Positions 44,452-53,610 of a DNA stretch of 59,424 bases are shown piece after piece. Both the position numbers and the translations under genes were made by a program. The stretch comes from a virus (lineage: Duplodnaviria > Caudoviricetes), in IMG/VR virus record IMGVR_UViG_3300048772_000090, positions 1-59,424 of that record; one strand, given 5' to 3'. Every line of letters begins with the position of its first letter. The stretch's first letter is position 1. The notes beneath the pieces are model-generated. The model saw only the letters and a list, made by a program, of their open reading frames with translations, was not told the DNA's origin and searched no databases.

Positions 44452-47400
44452 TATGGGATCATCTTCGTTGGGTTGCGCCTGTTGGCTTCGGCAATTAAAT
44501 CCTTAATGTTGCTCACCTTCCGCTGAGGGTTCAACCCCGCTGCCAATACCTTCAACTCAGACAACGGCAGGATTCTCTTCGTAACCACTGGTGTAACACC
44601 CATAGTTGTCTGTAGAGGCACAGAAACTTGTGCTGTAGTTTGATGGGGAAGGATAGTGTGAACCTTTATCACAGGCACCACAGGTATTTGTATGGGAGCG
44701 GCGGCTAACTGCGTACCGCCTTTGATCGGAATAACAGTAGTAGGGGTAGTTCCCGTGCTACCCCCTACTGGCTCTGGGATTCCCGCACCTCCTATTGAAT
44801 CAGTATTTGACTCCAAACTTGATTCTTGTCCTGCCGCGCTAGGAGTAATCCGATCCTCTAGGATTCCTGACTCGGACTCTCCTTTTCCTCCGGCCCCCAC
44901 TCCTTCTGAGCCTGCTCCCGAATCGCCCTGATCCCCTTCAACGCCTCCTCCTTCGGGAGTCCCGCTAGGGCTAGGAACTTCTTTCTCCTGTCCGCCACCT
45001 TCTTCATATCCAGGGAATTCAAGTTGAACAAGGTCTCTGCTTCTCCTATTGCTTTCATGTCTTTCTGCCGCCTCTCTTAGTGCATCTACATACTTCTTCC
45101 CTGTTGGGTCTATCGTGTTGAGTTTTTCTCCGTGATGTGAAGTTTGGGCTTTAAGACTCTCCCACATCAACTCATCAACCTCATCTTCAGTGAAAAGACC
45201 AAGCCTATTGAACTTCCCAGATAGACCAAACGCTTCCGATTCCGCAGCCAGCAACGCTCTATCGTTCCCGTAATGTTTCAGTGCGTACCATGCTTTTTGC
45301 GCTATCATCCTTTTCGCTAAATCATCAGTTACAGATTTAGGAAACAGTGTCAACGGATCGCCATCTCCAGACACAACCCGTTGACCAGCATGAACCATAG
45401 CCTCATGCTTTTCCAGTTCTTTTTGTTCTTCTGGTCTGCGATTAGGGTCAACAGTAAGTATCGGAACTCCAGCATCCCCATTATCGTTTGCTGCCTGCAA
45501 AATATGGGAAGCTATCTCAATGGCTTTATTCTGTTCCTTTCCAGATAATCCAAGAGAATGACTAATCAACTTCTGTACTAGAACATAGGCATTCTGGGAG
45601 TCTAAATTCCTTCCGTTGCTTTCAATTTTTACGCCCGATAATTTATTTACAAGTTCGTAGTCGTCTTTGGTTAGGTCAACAATTCCTATTGACCCCGTAT
45701 CCACCATACTGCGGTATCCAGTCTCGGTAGGAATCTTGGTTTGTTCGTAATCCGACTTCTCCCTGTTCCGCAATATGTTCGGATCGTTGGGGTCGAAGGA
45801 ACCTGAATTACCGATTGCAGATTTGATCTGAGTAGGATCGAAGGCAATGTAGCTTTCTCCTTCCCCCTCGTACTCGTTTGGGTAAGTAATTCCATCATAT
45901 CCTTTCGACTTCAGGTATTCGCGTATCAATTTGAACCGCTGCGCCCGTTCGTTCGCGCTACCTGTGTGAGCAGAATTCTTGTCAGACTCATCCATCCGAC
46001 TCAATAATTCTTTGGACTCTGGCTCTGAAATAACCTTGTCCTTTACCAGTTGCCCCAGAAGGCTTAACCGTCCAAAATATCCCGGATCAGCACTAAGGCG
46101 AATAGGATTATTGATACGGATGTATGCAGGAATAATGTTTTCACCAAGGCGTGGCTTCCCGACCGAACTATCAAGTCGCTTGCTGGCCTGTTCCGCCGTG
46201 CCAAAATGTGAACCTAACTCTCCTCCGGTAAATTCATCGAACTCCTTATCTGTACCGTGATAAAGAACCATCGGTTCTCCATCTTTGTCCACGACTTTAC
46301 TTTCGCCGAAGAATTTCTTGAACTCAGGAGTTTTCGTTTGTTCCCTATTAAATAGGATATTGGAATTCTTAGGATCAAACGTGCCCTTATTACCGATGGC
46401 AGACTTAATCTGAGCAGGTTCGAACGCTACCCATGTGTCAGTGTTTTTTGCATCCCCTTGTGAATCATCGGTAATAATAGCTCCGTCATAACCCATTTCC
46501 TTAGCGGCCCTGACAAACTCTTTTCCATCCTCGTCGTCAAACAGTTCCCAAGTGTGCTGCGTCCCATTCGTTATCCATCGTGGGTTTACGCCATGCGCTT
46601 TGAAGTCGTCTAAAGTGTCCTCATCGAGCGTAGATTTTCCACTCCGCAGGTCGAGCGGAGATTTAATATTTAGATAGACAGGGATAGTCTTCCCGCCCGT
46701 CTTTGGCTTAGAATTTGGCGACTCAGGATCAATCACAAATTCATTGGCAAACTCAGGAGACTCGGCTAGGAATATGCCGTGCCTATTTGTCTCGTATGAT
46801 CCAAGCACATTTGAATTGAATGAACCTCTCCCTACCTCAAACTGATTGAAGTCTCCAGAAGTGGAGTGGTACAAGACTTTTGGCGTACCATCTTTATTTA
46901 CTGCCATCGAAACAGGAGGCTTACCCTCCTCACGTTTAGAACTAAATGCGTTAGGGTCTTCCCAATCTCCAAACCAGTTCTTAAATTCAGGCTTCTTGGT
47001 CTGCTCACGGTTGAACAGCGGGTCTACTTTCTTTTGTAGTCCACCATCAGTCCTTCTATCGGTACTGGAGGCTCCGCCATCCGGTTTCGCTTCTGAGCTA
47101 GTTCCTTCAAGGCTTCCTTTCCCCCCGCCTTGTACGCCGCCCATACCTCCTCTATCTGCTTCATTTCCCGATCCATTTCCTTTTGCATTGTAGTAATCCT
47201 CCTTGACGTGACGTGCTGGTGTAGTAATGTGCTTTAGCTGATCTAATGCGTCCTTGCCGTGAGTCTTTTCAACTAACTCAAAGTATTGGAACAGATAATT
47301 AGCCCATTCGTCTTCACTTAATCCTAGCGCCTTCGGGTTGTCGGCAATCATTTTCGCCGCAGATTCCAGTACGCGATATTTGTTGGCTATCTCCGAACCG

Positions 47401-50400
47401 TCATCATCCTTGTAATCGTTTTTCTTTAAGTAATAGCTCATCGCGGCAGGGATAGCAGCATTCAGTTTCTTGAACTCTATTTCAGGGAGATGCTTCCCTG
47501 CTTCCACTTCAAATCGCTTTTGCCATGTATGCCCTAACTCCTCGCGCAGAGTAGCTAACGCTTCGCTAAGGCTCTGTCCTTTTTCGGGAACCATCGCTAT
47601 CGTTACGCTACCTTTATCGTCTAGTCCTTGCGTGATTAGTTTCTTTATCTCCCTCGAATGAGGAGATTTATATTCATCCAAGTTTTTGAATACCTTGCTA
47701 AGGCTTAGATTGTCGAGTGAAGCCCCATTTATTGAAAAGTTAGGGCTGTAGGATGAGCCAAACGCTTCATGTAGGTCATCCGACCCCTTCCGCGTCAAGT
47801 AAACCACCTTCGTCTTATCGGGAAGCTGGCGCACCTCTCCTATACTCTTGTTCTTTAGGTAGCCAAGTCTCCTCTCCAGTGCCTTGATGTGATCTTCGTT
47901 ATATCCGTAATCTCTATTCCAATCTTCTTTATCTTCGTTCCACGCCGCTCTCTTTTCTGGAGTGCTAAGGTCTGGGTTTGTGGGAAGTGGGTTCCTGTGA
48001 ATAATGTCCTTTGTCGCATCCAACTGTCCCTGCACATCGTCTATTTCTTCCTGATCTGCGTCAGGACTCTTGTAAACCCGGTTGAATAGCTCATCATTCC
48101 CACGCTCATGCCAGTAAGATGGTGAAGCGTACTTCGCAGCCGCTTCTCCTACTCGCTGCCATTTTTCCAGTCCCAATAGGACTATATCAGCACCACCAGA
48201 GATGCTCTTTGGTGCCCTATTATTCGCAGGGGTAAACTCAACAGTGAAATCCATGCCGGGGAAGGATGCAATCGTCTTTCTTACGCGACTCAGTACATCG
48301 TTATCTATCTTCCCAATCTCAATATTCATCCCACCGTAGGCAGGACGAATCCTTACTCCTCCTGCGGCGAACAGGTCAGCGTAGTCCTTGTATCCGTTAT
48401 CCTCCATTAGTTCGTAGTGACCTTCGCCAACCTTTACCTTCCCATCTCCGGTAATGATTGCGGCACTATTTGGCGTTCCCATTACGGCTTTAGGATCAAG
48501 ACCCTCTAGTTCCTTGTAGGGCTTCTCCTTATTGAAGAGGGTATCGTCGGGGGAAATAGTTCCTTTTCCGCTAGGAGATACGCCTTCCGCTGGTAGTTGT
48601 GGAGACTTATACTCCTGCGCTAGCCTATTCCTGTTCCCGAACGTGTTGATTGCATCCGTGAGCATCCGTGCTCCAGATGTTTGGGTTCGTACAGTGTCCA
48701 TTGGCACTACAGGAACAGGACGACGCGGAACTCCAGCCTTGCGATCCTCTAGTATTTTTTCACTCGTGGCCACACGATCTTGTAGTTCCTTGCGGTAGGC
48801 ATCCGTGAGAGACGGACCTGTAGCCTCCTGTGTCATCTTTCCGTCAACCATCTCAAGGCCCATAAATCTACCAGCCGTGAGCATCTTATTCGCTTGTTCC
48901 ATGTCTCTTTTTAGCTCAAAATCACTCTTATCGTAGATGTGATCCTTCGCCATGAAGACTTCATTTACATAGTTGTGGGCAGGAGAATCAAGCACGTCTG
49001 CCGCTACCGATGCTGGCATTACGTGACGCGCTCCGTAGGTGTCCTTAAGCACTAAGGGAAAGTCTCCATCCTTCGCGACTAGGCCACGAATATCGTCTCC
49101 TGTACGAAGACTACCGCCATTCCTAGCTACATCCGACCATGTTCCATAGATCGGTCTCTTTGGCTCTGGAGGAGCAAGTTCTACAGCCTTCGTGGTGACG
49201 GCAGGGCGCGGCTCAAGAGGAGACTCAAAGAAGATTTTACGAATTGACGGCGGAGCGGACGAGGACATTGGATTTGCTATTTCGTCTGCAAAATGATCCG
49301 CAATACGCTCTTCCAACCCCCCAGTATGTTCGGCGTGGATGTATGTTGCACCTGTAACGTATCTATCAATAATTGCACGGTTCTCAGGCGTCAAGCGACG
49401 GTAAATATCGTGGGCTACTTCATGCGCCAACGTATGAGTTGGATTAGATGCAGCCGCGTTTACGGCTATCTTACCTGTCTTCGGATCAATGTTCCCTTGT
49501 TCTGACAAATCAAACTTGTACGGCTCTTCAATCGAGAATCCACTGATTCCTGTCCGCTTGAACTGCTCATGCAGCAAAGGATTCATGGACGCATCGCGCC
49601 ATGCGGACTCCATCTCTTTCGGCGGAGGAAACAGTACATCCACGTTCACGGAAGGGACTTCTACTCCATCTTCCTGCAAAGGGATCGTTAGAGACGACTT
49701 GAATTTATCGGCATCGTCCTTTACTTTTTCGCGGTTGAAGGCTGGCTCTCCTGATCCCTGATTAGCTTCAGCAGCCCCTCCTTGCCGCCCTGCTGCCACG
49801 CTTGGAAGTGCGCCGCCATCCGTTCCGTTTGCGTCAACTCCTTCGGGCGGAATAGGAATTCGTGCAGCTTGCGGAGTATTCCCATCTACTTCTTCCGCTC
49901 CTGATCCAGCTTGGCTTCCTGCTCCGTTATGAACTTGCTCAGCCCCTCCCGCCCCCCGTCCAGAAAGGCTTTGAAGTGGGCTACCATCAGGTCTGTTGTT
50001 GGCCAATCCTGCATTGGTTCCGCTGGTTCCTTGTTTTCCTGTGTTTTCGGCATATACTTTCTCCTTTACGTCCCTTGCGCCATCGACAAGATGAGTAAAT
50101 ACATCCAGTGCTTGTGCGCCGTGTTCCGCAGCAATCTCAGTGAAATAATCCGTTAGGAATTTTGCCTTCTCTTCTGGCGTAACTCCAAAGTCTGTAGACT
50201 TTCTTCCCATTAATTTGGCCGCTGCTTCTGTCACCATTTGGGGAGAGTTAAATTCATCGTAATCATTATTCAGCAAGTGATCGTACATTCCTTGCGGAAT
50301 ATTTCTCCTTAAGTGGCTAAAGACTCCGGGCTTCAGAACGTCATCAAAAGTTCCATTTGCCGACAGTTGGCGTTGGTGAGTATGAATGAGTTCCTCACGC

Positions 50401-51899
50401 ATAACATTTACGGCGTGCTGAACTCCCCTTCCAGTTTTGGAAGCGACAGCCGCACCACCAATACTTGTCTTCCTATGAGCCTCCGCCAACAGTTGTTGCA
50501 CTTCTGGATGAGCAGCGGCAAGCGTTGGATCGTTAGCGAAGGTATGGAGAAGATCAGTCGAAAGATTGAATCCGTGAGTTGACGCATGGTTCTCTTTGGG
50601 ATACATCGTGTTCATCAAAGACTTCCAAGCATCAGGACTCAACCAAACAGACGGAGCCTGTCCCTTTGCTTGTCGTACCTCTCCTGCCGTGTTGCGATGC
50701 AGGACATTCGTCCTGTCGCGGCTAGGAGCAACAACTACAGGCGTAAAAGGATGATCTGTAATCGTCCTACCACCCATTACGTCTCCAGCCCCTTCAGTCA
50801 GCCCTTGCCTTGCACTCTCTGCGAACGATGGAGCCTTCCCTCCAGCCAGATGTTTTGCTGCCATTCCAGCCATTGCCCCATCAATGAGGGCTGAGGTAGC
50901 CAAAGCCGCTGCCTTCTCGTGATCGCCCGCTTGGTACGCTTTCCACGCCTCTGGAGTATCATGGATCACACCCTGAGCCATCTGAACGCCAAAGAATAGG
51001 CTCACAAACTTCGACTCTGGGATCAAAGCCATAACAGCAAGTTGATCCACTCTACTCAAATCGGACAGTTTATCCCTAGTCGCTCTCTGGACAGCCCCCG
51101 CAATTCCGGGTTGCGTCTGCACCCAGTTACGCTGCAATAACTCTTTCTGTTGAGTAGACAGCTTTGTTGGGTCAAAGTTACCTTTGGATGCCGCACTACT
51201 CAATGTGGCAACCTGATTCTTCTCCTCTGTGGTCAAAGGTTTGTCCTGTGGAAGTAGGCGAGGGAGATTTTTGGCCCATCTAGCAGATTGCTCCCTCTGT
51301 TTTTCGCCCTCGGCCTTCACCCCAGACAGGACATAAGCCTCTGCGGTGTCTGACTGTACTCCGGGAAGGAGCATATCAAGTAAACTCTTTGTGTGCATCG
51401 GTACAGCCTGAGCATTCAAGTCAGGATGAGCGGATGGTTGCCCAATGTTTGGAGCAACGTAAGTGATATGTGATCCTGCCCGCTGTGCCTTTATCTCTTC
51501 TCCGATAGTCTTAGGCTTCGGTGCATTCGGGACTGAGGCAAGGGTACTCTGCGCTCCTGCGGCTTGGTTGGCAGGATTGTACGTCGGCTTGATAAGCGGT
51601 GAAAGTCTTGCGGCAGGAGCACTAAAGGCGTCCGCTCCTTCGGATACAGGGGCATCGGCTACTCGCTGTTTCTCCTTCGCCAAGAACTGGTCTAGTAGAG
51701 GAGATTTGGTTAATAGGTAGCCCTTCGGGGTGACTACTGGAGTTCTCTTCGCAGCCTCTAATTTCAGGTCTTTAACCGTCTTCTTGGGCGCGGAAGGACT
51801 CTTCTTAGACGACAATAAGCTATAGCCAGCAGGAAGTTTCACCTCTGGCCCAGCAGTAATTGGTTCGCCGTCGTCATCGAGATATTGCTTTGGAGCCAT
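44451..51899 (-). CDS. large polyvalent (probably virion-injected) protein with two ART-like domains and zincin-like repeats
   Basis: Two T.EFK.(W/F)FG...LYH(S/G)T...GYDG...AF.P.QIKSAIGN.G.FDP units, HEVAH motif, repeated REEL.HT units. Confidence 0.8.
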   Translation of the reverse strand: MAPKQYLDDDGEPITAGPEVKLPAGYSLLSSKKSPSAPKKTVKDLKLEAAKRTPVVTPKGYLLTKSPLLDQFLAKEKQRVADAPVSEGADAFSAPAARLSPLIKPTYNPANQAAGAQSTLASVPNAPKPKTIGEEIKAQRAGSHITYVAPNIGQPSAHPDLNAQAVPMHTKSLLDMLLPGVQSDTAEAYVLSGVKAEGEKQREQSARWAKNLPRLLPQDKPLTTEEKNQVATLSSAASKGNFDPTKLSTQQKELLQRNWVQTQPGIAGAVQRATRDKLSDLSRVDQLAVMALIPESKFVSLFFGVQMAQGVIHDTPEAWKAYQAGDHEKAAALATSALIDGAMAGMAAKHLAGGKAPSFAESARQGLTEGAGDVMGGRTITDHPFTPVVVAPSRDRTNVLHRNTAGEVRQAKGQAPSVWLSPDAWKSLMNTMYPKENHASTHGFNLSTDLLHTFANDPTLAAAHPEVQQLLAEAHRKTSIGGAAVASKTGRGVQHAVNVMREELIHTHQRQLSANGTFDDVLKPGVFSHLRRNIPQGMYDHLLNNDYDEFNSPQMVTEAAAKLMGRKSTDFGVTPEEKAKFLTDYFTEIAAEHGAQALDVFTHLVDGARDVKEKVYAENTGKQGTSGTNAGLANNRPDGSPLQSLSGRGAGGAEQVHNGAGSQAGSGAEEVDGNTPQAARIPIPPEGVDANGTDGGALPSVAAGRQGGAAEANQGSGEPAFNREKVKDDADKFKSSLTIPLQEDGVEVPSVNVDVLFPPPKEMESAWRDASMNPLLHEQFKRTGISGFSIEEPYKFDLSEQGNIDPKTGKIAVNAAASNPTHTLAHEVAHDIYRRLTPENRAIIDRYVTGATYIHAEHTGGLEERIADHFADEIANPMSSSAPPSIRKIFFESPLEPRPAVTTKAVELAPPEPKRPIYGTWSDVARNGGSLRTGDDIRGLVAKDGDFPLVLKDTYGARHVMPASVAADVLDSPAHNYVNEVFMAKDHIYDKSDFELKRDMEQANKMLTAGRFMGLEMVDGKMTQEATGPSLTDAYRKELQDRVATSEKILEDRKAGVPRRPVPVVPMDTVRTQTSGARMLTDAINTFGNRNRLAQEYKSPQLPAEGVSPSGKGTISPDDTLFNKEKPYKELEGLDPKAVMGTPNSAAIITGDGKVKVGEGHYELMEDNGYKDYADLFAAGGVRIRPAYGGMNIEIGKIDNDVLSRVRKTIASFPGMDFTVEFTPANNRAPKSISGGADIVLLGLEKWQRVGEAAAKYASPSYWHERGNDELFNRVYKSPDADQEEIDDVQGQLDATKDIIHRNPLPTNPDLSTPEKRAAWNEDKEDWNRDYGYNEDHIKALERRLGYLKNKSIGEVRQLPDKTKVVYLTRKGSDDLHEAFGSSYSPNFSINGASLDNLSLSKVFKNLDEYKSPHSREIKKLITQGLDDKGSVTIAMVPEKGQSLSEALATLREELGHTWQKRFEVEAGKHLPEIEFKKLNAAIPAAMSYYLKKNDYKDDDGSEIANKYRVLESAAKMIADNPKALGLSEDEWANYLFQYFELVEKTHGKDALDQLKHITTPARHVKEDYYNAKGNGSGNEADRGGMGGVQGGGKGSLEGTSSEAKPDGGASSTDRRTDGGLQKKVDPLFNREQTKKPEFKNWFGDWEDPNAFSSKREEGKPPVSMAVNKDGTPKVLYHSTSGDFNQFEVGRGSFNSNVLGSYETNRHGIFLAESPEFANEFVIDPESPNSKPKTGGKTIPVYLNIKSPLDLRSGKSTLDEDTLDDFKAHGVNPRWITNGTQHTWELFDDEDGKEFVRAAKEMGYDGAIITDDSQGDAKNTDTWVAFEPAQIKSAIGNKGTFDPKNSNILFNREQTKTPEFKKFFGESKVVDKDGEPMVLYHGTDKEFDEFTGGELGSHFGTAEQASKRLDSSVGKPRLGENIIPAYIRINNPIRLSADPGYFGRLSLLGQLVKDKVISEPESKELLSRMDESDKNSAHTGSANERAQRFKLIREYLKSKGYDGITYPNEYEGEGESYIAFDPTQIKSAIGNSGSFDPNDPNILRNREKSDYEQTKIPTETGYRSMVDTGSIGIVDLTKDDYELVNKLSGVKIESNGRNLDSQNAYVLVQKLISHSLGLSGKEQNKAIEIASHILQAANDNGDAGVPILTVDPNRRPEEQKELEKHEAMVHAGQRVVSGDGDPLTLFPKSVTDDLAKRMIAQKAWYALKHYGNDRALLAAESEAFGLSGKFNRLGLFTEDEVDELMWESLKAQTSHHGEKLNTIDPTGKKYVDALREAAERHESNRRSRDLVQLEFPGYEEGGGQEKEVPSPSGTPEGGGVEGDQGDSGAGSEGVGAGGKGESESGILEDRITPSAAGQESSLESNTDSIGGAGIPEPVGGSTGTTPTTVIPIKGGTQLAAAPIQIPVVPVIKVHTILPHQTTAQVSVPLQTTMGVTPVVTKRILPLSELKVLAAGLNPQRKVSNIKDLIAEANRRNPTKMIP

Positions 51900-52673
51900 C
51901 TATTGTGCCGCCCAGCCATGTCCGTCCCAAATCCCTATCTTATCATTCGGGAAACGCTTTTTTTCGCCTATCTTGTGGGGTACGGAAGAATTCCTTTGAG
52001 CCGCTTCCTGCTTCAACTGCTGGACGGTCTTCGGAGGAGCCGTAGCACCCCCAATCAGTTTATCGGGTAGCAGCGGCATCCCAGCTACGCTTACAGGCGG
52101 CATAGGCGCGGCAGGAGTCAAGTCCTGTTGCGTCATCTGTGCCATGTTCGCGCCCTTGGGTGGAATCTTAGCCAACTGTCCGATGAGGGGGTGGTAGGCC
52201 GCTGTGACCCTCGCTAGAGCCGCAGGATCGCCTCTACGAATAGCATCCTGCGTGGCTTTCTGATAGTCCTCCACCATCCTAGCCTGTTGCTCTGCGCTAA
52301 AGTTGGCAATGGTCTTGTGAGCGCGTTGAGCGGCCATCAGACCCTCTACCCCGCCATAGTCGAAGTCCTTTTGGCTGGTTGCCTGTTGCTGACCCTGTAT
52401 CGCAGACGTGAAGGCTGGATTGCGGCTCAACTGGAAGATGTGAGTAGATTCATGCGTCTGCGTCGGCTGAGTGAACGCCGCAGGATTCCTGACCTGAATT
52501 GTCGTTGGGTTGGCAGGATCAACATCTGCATCTACCGTTCCTCCTCCGATATTCATTGGAGGCGCACTGGTAATCTTCGTCTTGGCGTTGGAAGGCTTGA
52601 GGAAGTCAGGAAGGTTGACTACTGAATATCCCGGTGGCGGAATCGGCTTCGGAGATAGGGAGTCCTTTGGCAT
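51900..52673 (-). CDS. probable virion protein with a zincin motif
   Basis: HESTHIFQ...EQQA. Confidence 0.6.
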   Translation of the reverse strand: MPKDSLSPKPIPPPGYSVVNLPDFLKPSNAKTKITSAPPMNIGGGTVDADVDPANPTTIQVRNPAAFTQPTQTHESTHIFQLSRNPAFTSAIQGQQQATSQKDFDYGGVEGLMAAQRAHKTIANFSAEQQARMVEDYQKATQDAIRRGDPAALARVTAAYHPLIGQLAKIPPKGANMAQMTQQDLTPAAPMPPVSVAGMPLLPDKLIGGATAPPKTVQQLKQEAAQRNSSVPHKIGEKKRFPNDKIGIWDGHGWAAQ

Positions 52674-52682
52674 GAGAGTAGT

Positions 52683-53285
52683 TTACGCTGCACGGTTATG
52701 GTACTCAACTACCAATTCCTGTAACTTGAGGAACGACTCTCTCGCCATGCGCTCGATTTCCGCATCACTTGTTCCTAGAGAAAATCTTTTATAGATAGGA
52801 ACTGTCTGACCAGGGTTTACTTCCATCGCCCAATCGAGGGGAACTGACGACGCAAATAACCTGGCCTCGTTCGTATACTTATTGCGCACCCCTTGACGGT
52901 ATATCCCCATATAGCTAATATCGGAAAGATCAACATCCTCCTCAACTTTCCCATCTTCAAATTGCCAAGGGTGAATTCCAGCTACCTGTCCTATTATTTT
53001 ACAATCTCCATGCTGATAACTGCCTTTAATGGAGCCATCTTTTGCGGTAAAAACGGGAACTTGCTGAGGAATTTCCTTCGTTACCCTGTAAAAAATTCCA
53101 GTAGGTATATTGTCCCGCATCCGCTGGAGTGCCAAACGCTGCTCAGGGGTCGCTTCGTTCCATTCGGCGTCAATGTCTCCCTGCTCAATAATCCATTTAG
53201 GCGAACCTTCTGCTAAAATCTTCGGCGCAACTACCACCACTGCCGCTACGAGTCCTGCCGTTTTGCTGAAATCGCGTCTGTTCAT
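52683..53285 (-). CDS. hypothetical protein with a twin-arginine (Tat)-like signal
   Basis: MNRRDFSKTAGLVAAVVVVAP. Confidence 0.65.
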   Translation of the reverse strand: MNRRDFSKTAGLVAAVVVVAPKILAEGSPKWIIEQGDIDAEWNEATPEQRLALQRMRDNIPTGIFYRVTKEIPQQVPVFTAKDGSIKGSYQHGDCKIIGQVAGIHPWQFEDGKVEEDVDLSDISYMGIYRQGVRNKYTNEARLFASSVPLDWAMEVNPGQTVPIYKRFSLGTSDAEIERMARESFLKLQELVVEYHNRAA

Positions 53286-53554
53286 TTTGTCACCACTTCC
53301 TTCGCCTTTACTTTCGGAGATATGCTGTTGGTAAGCCCCACTTGCATAATTATATTTTCTTTCGGAATAACAATGGTTCTTCTCGCGTTCCCGTTTTCGA
53401 GAAGTTCCCCTGCAAGTACCAACTTCTTCGCATCTTCTTGAAGCACAAATCCAACACTTTCCATGATGGCAACATCAAAATCAGCATCTATCGTCTGCTG
53501 ATCGCGTAATACGCAACTGTCGCGCCACTTGACACGTTTTATCTTTATCTCCAT
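53282..53554 (-). CDS. hypothetical phage protein
   Basis: GGGAGGGAG RBS; VKWRDS...SVGF...IPKENI. Confidence 0.7.
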   Translation of the reverse strand: MEIKIKRVKWRDSCVLRDQQTIDADFDVAIMESVGFVLQEDAKKLVLAGELLENGNARRTIVIPKENIIMQVGLTNSISPKVKAKEVVTK

Positions 53555-53575
53555 ACTCCCTCCCTATGGGGATAA

Positions 53576-53604
53576 AGCATACTCCAGAGGCGCAGGAAAG
53601 TCAA
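53576..53604 (-). promoter_or_regulatory. sigma70-like promoter (TTGACT-17-TATGCT) of a two-gene insert
   Basis: Intergenic between 53611 and 53554. Confidence 0.6.
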
Positions 53605-53610
53605 GGGGAT

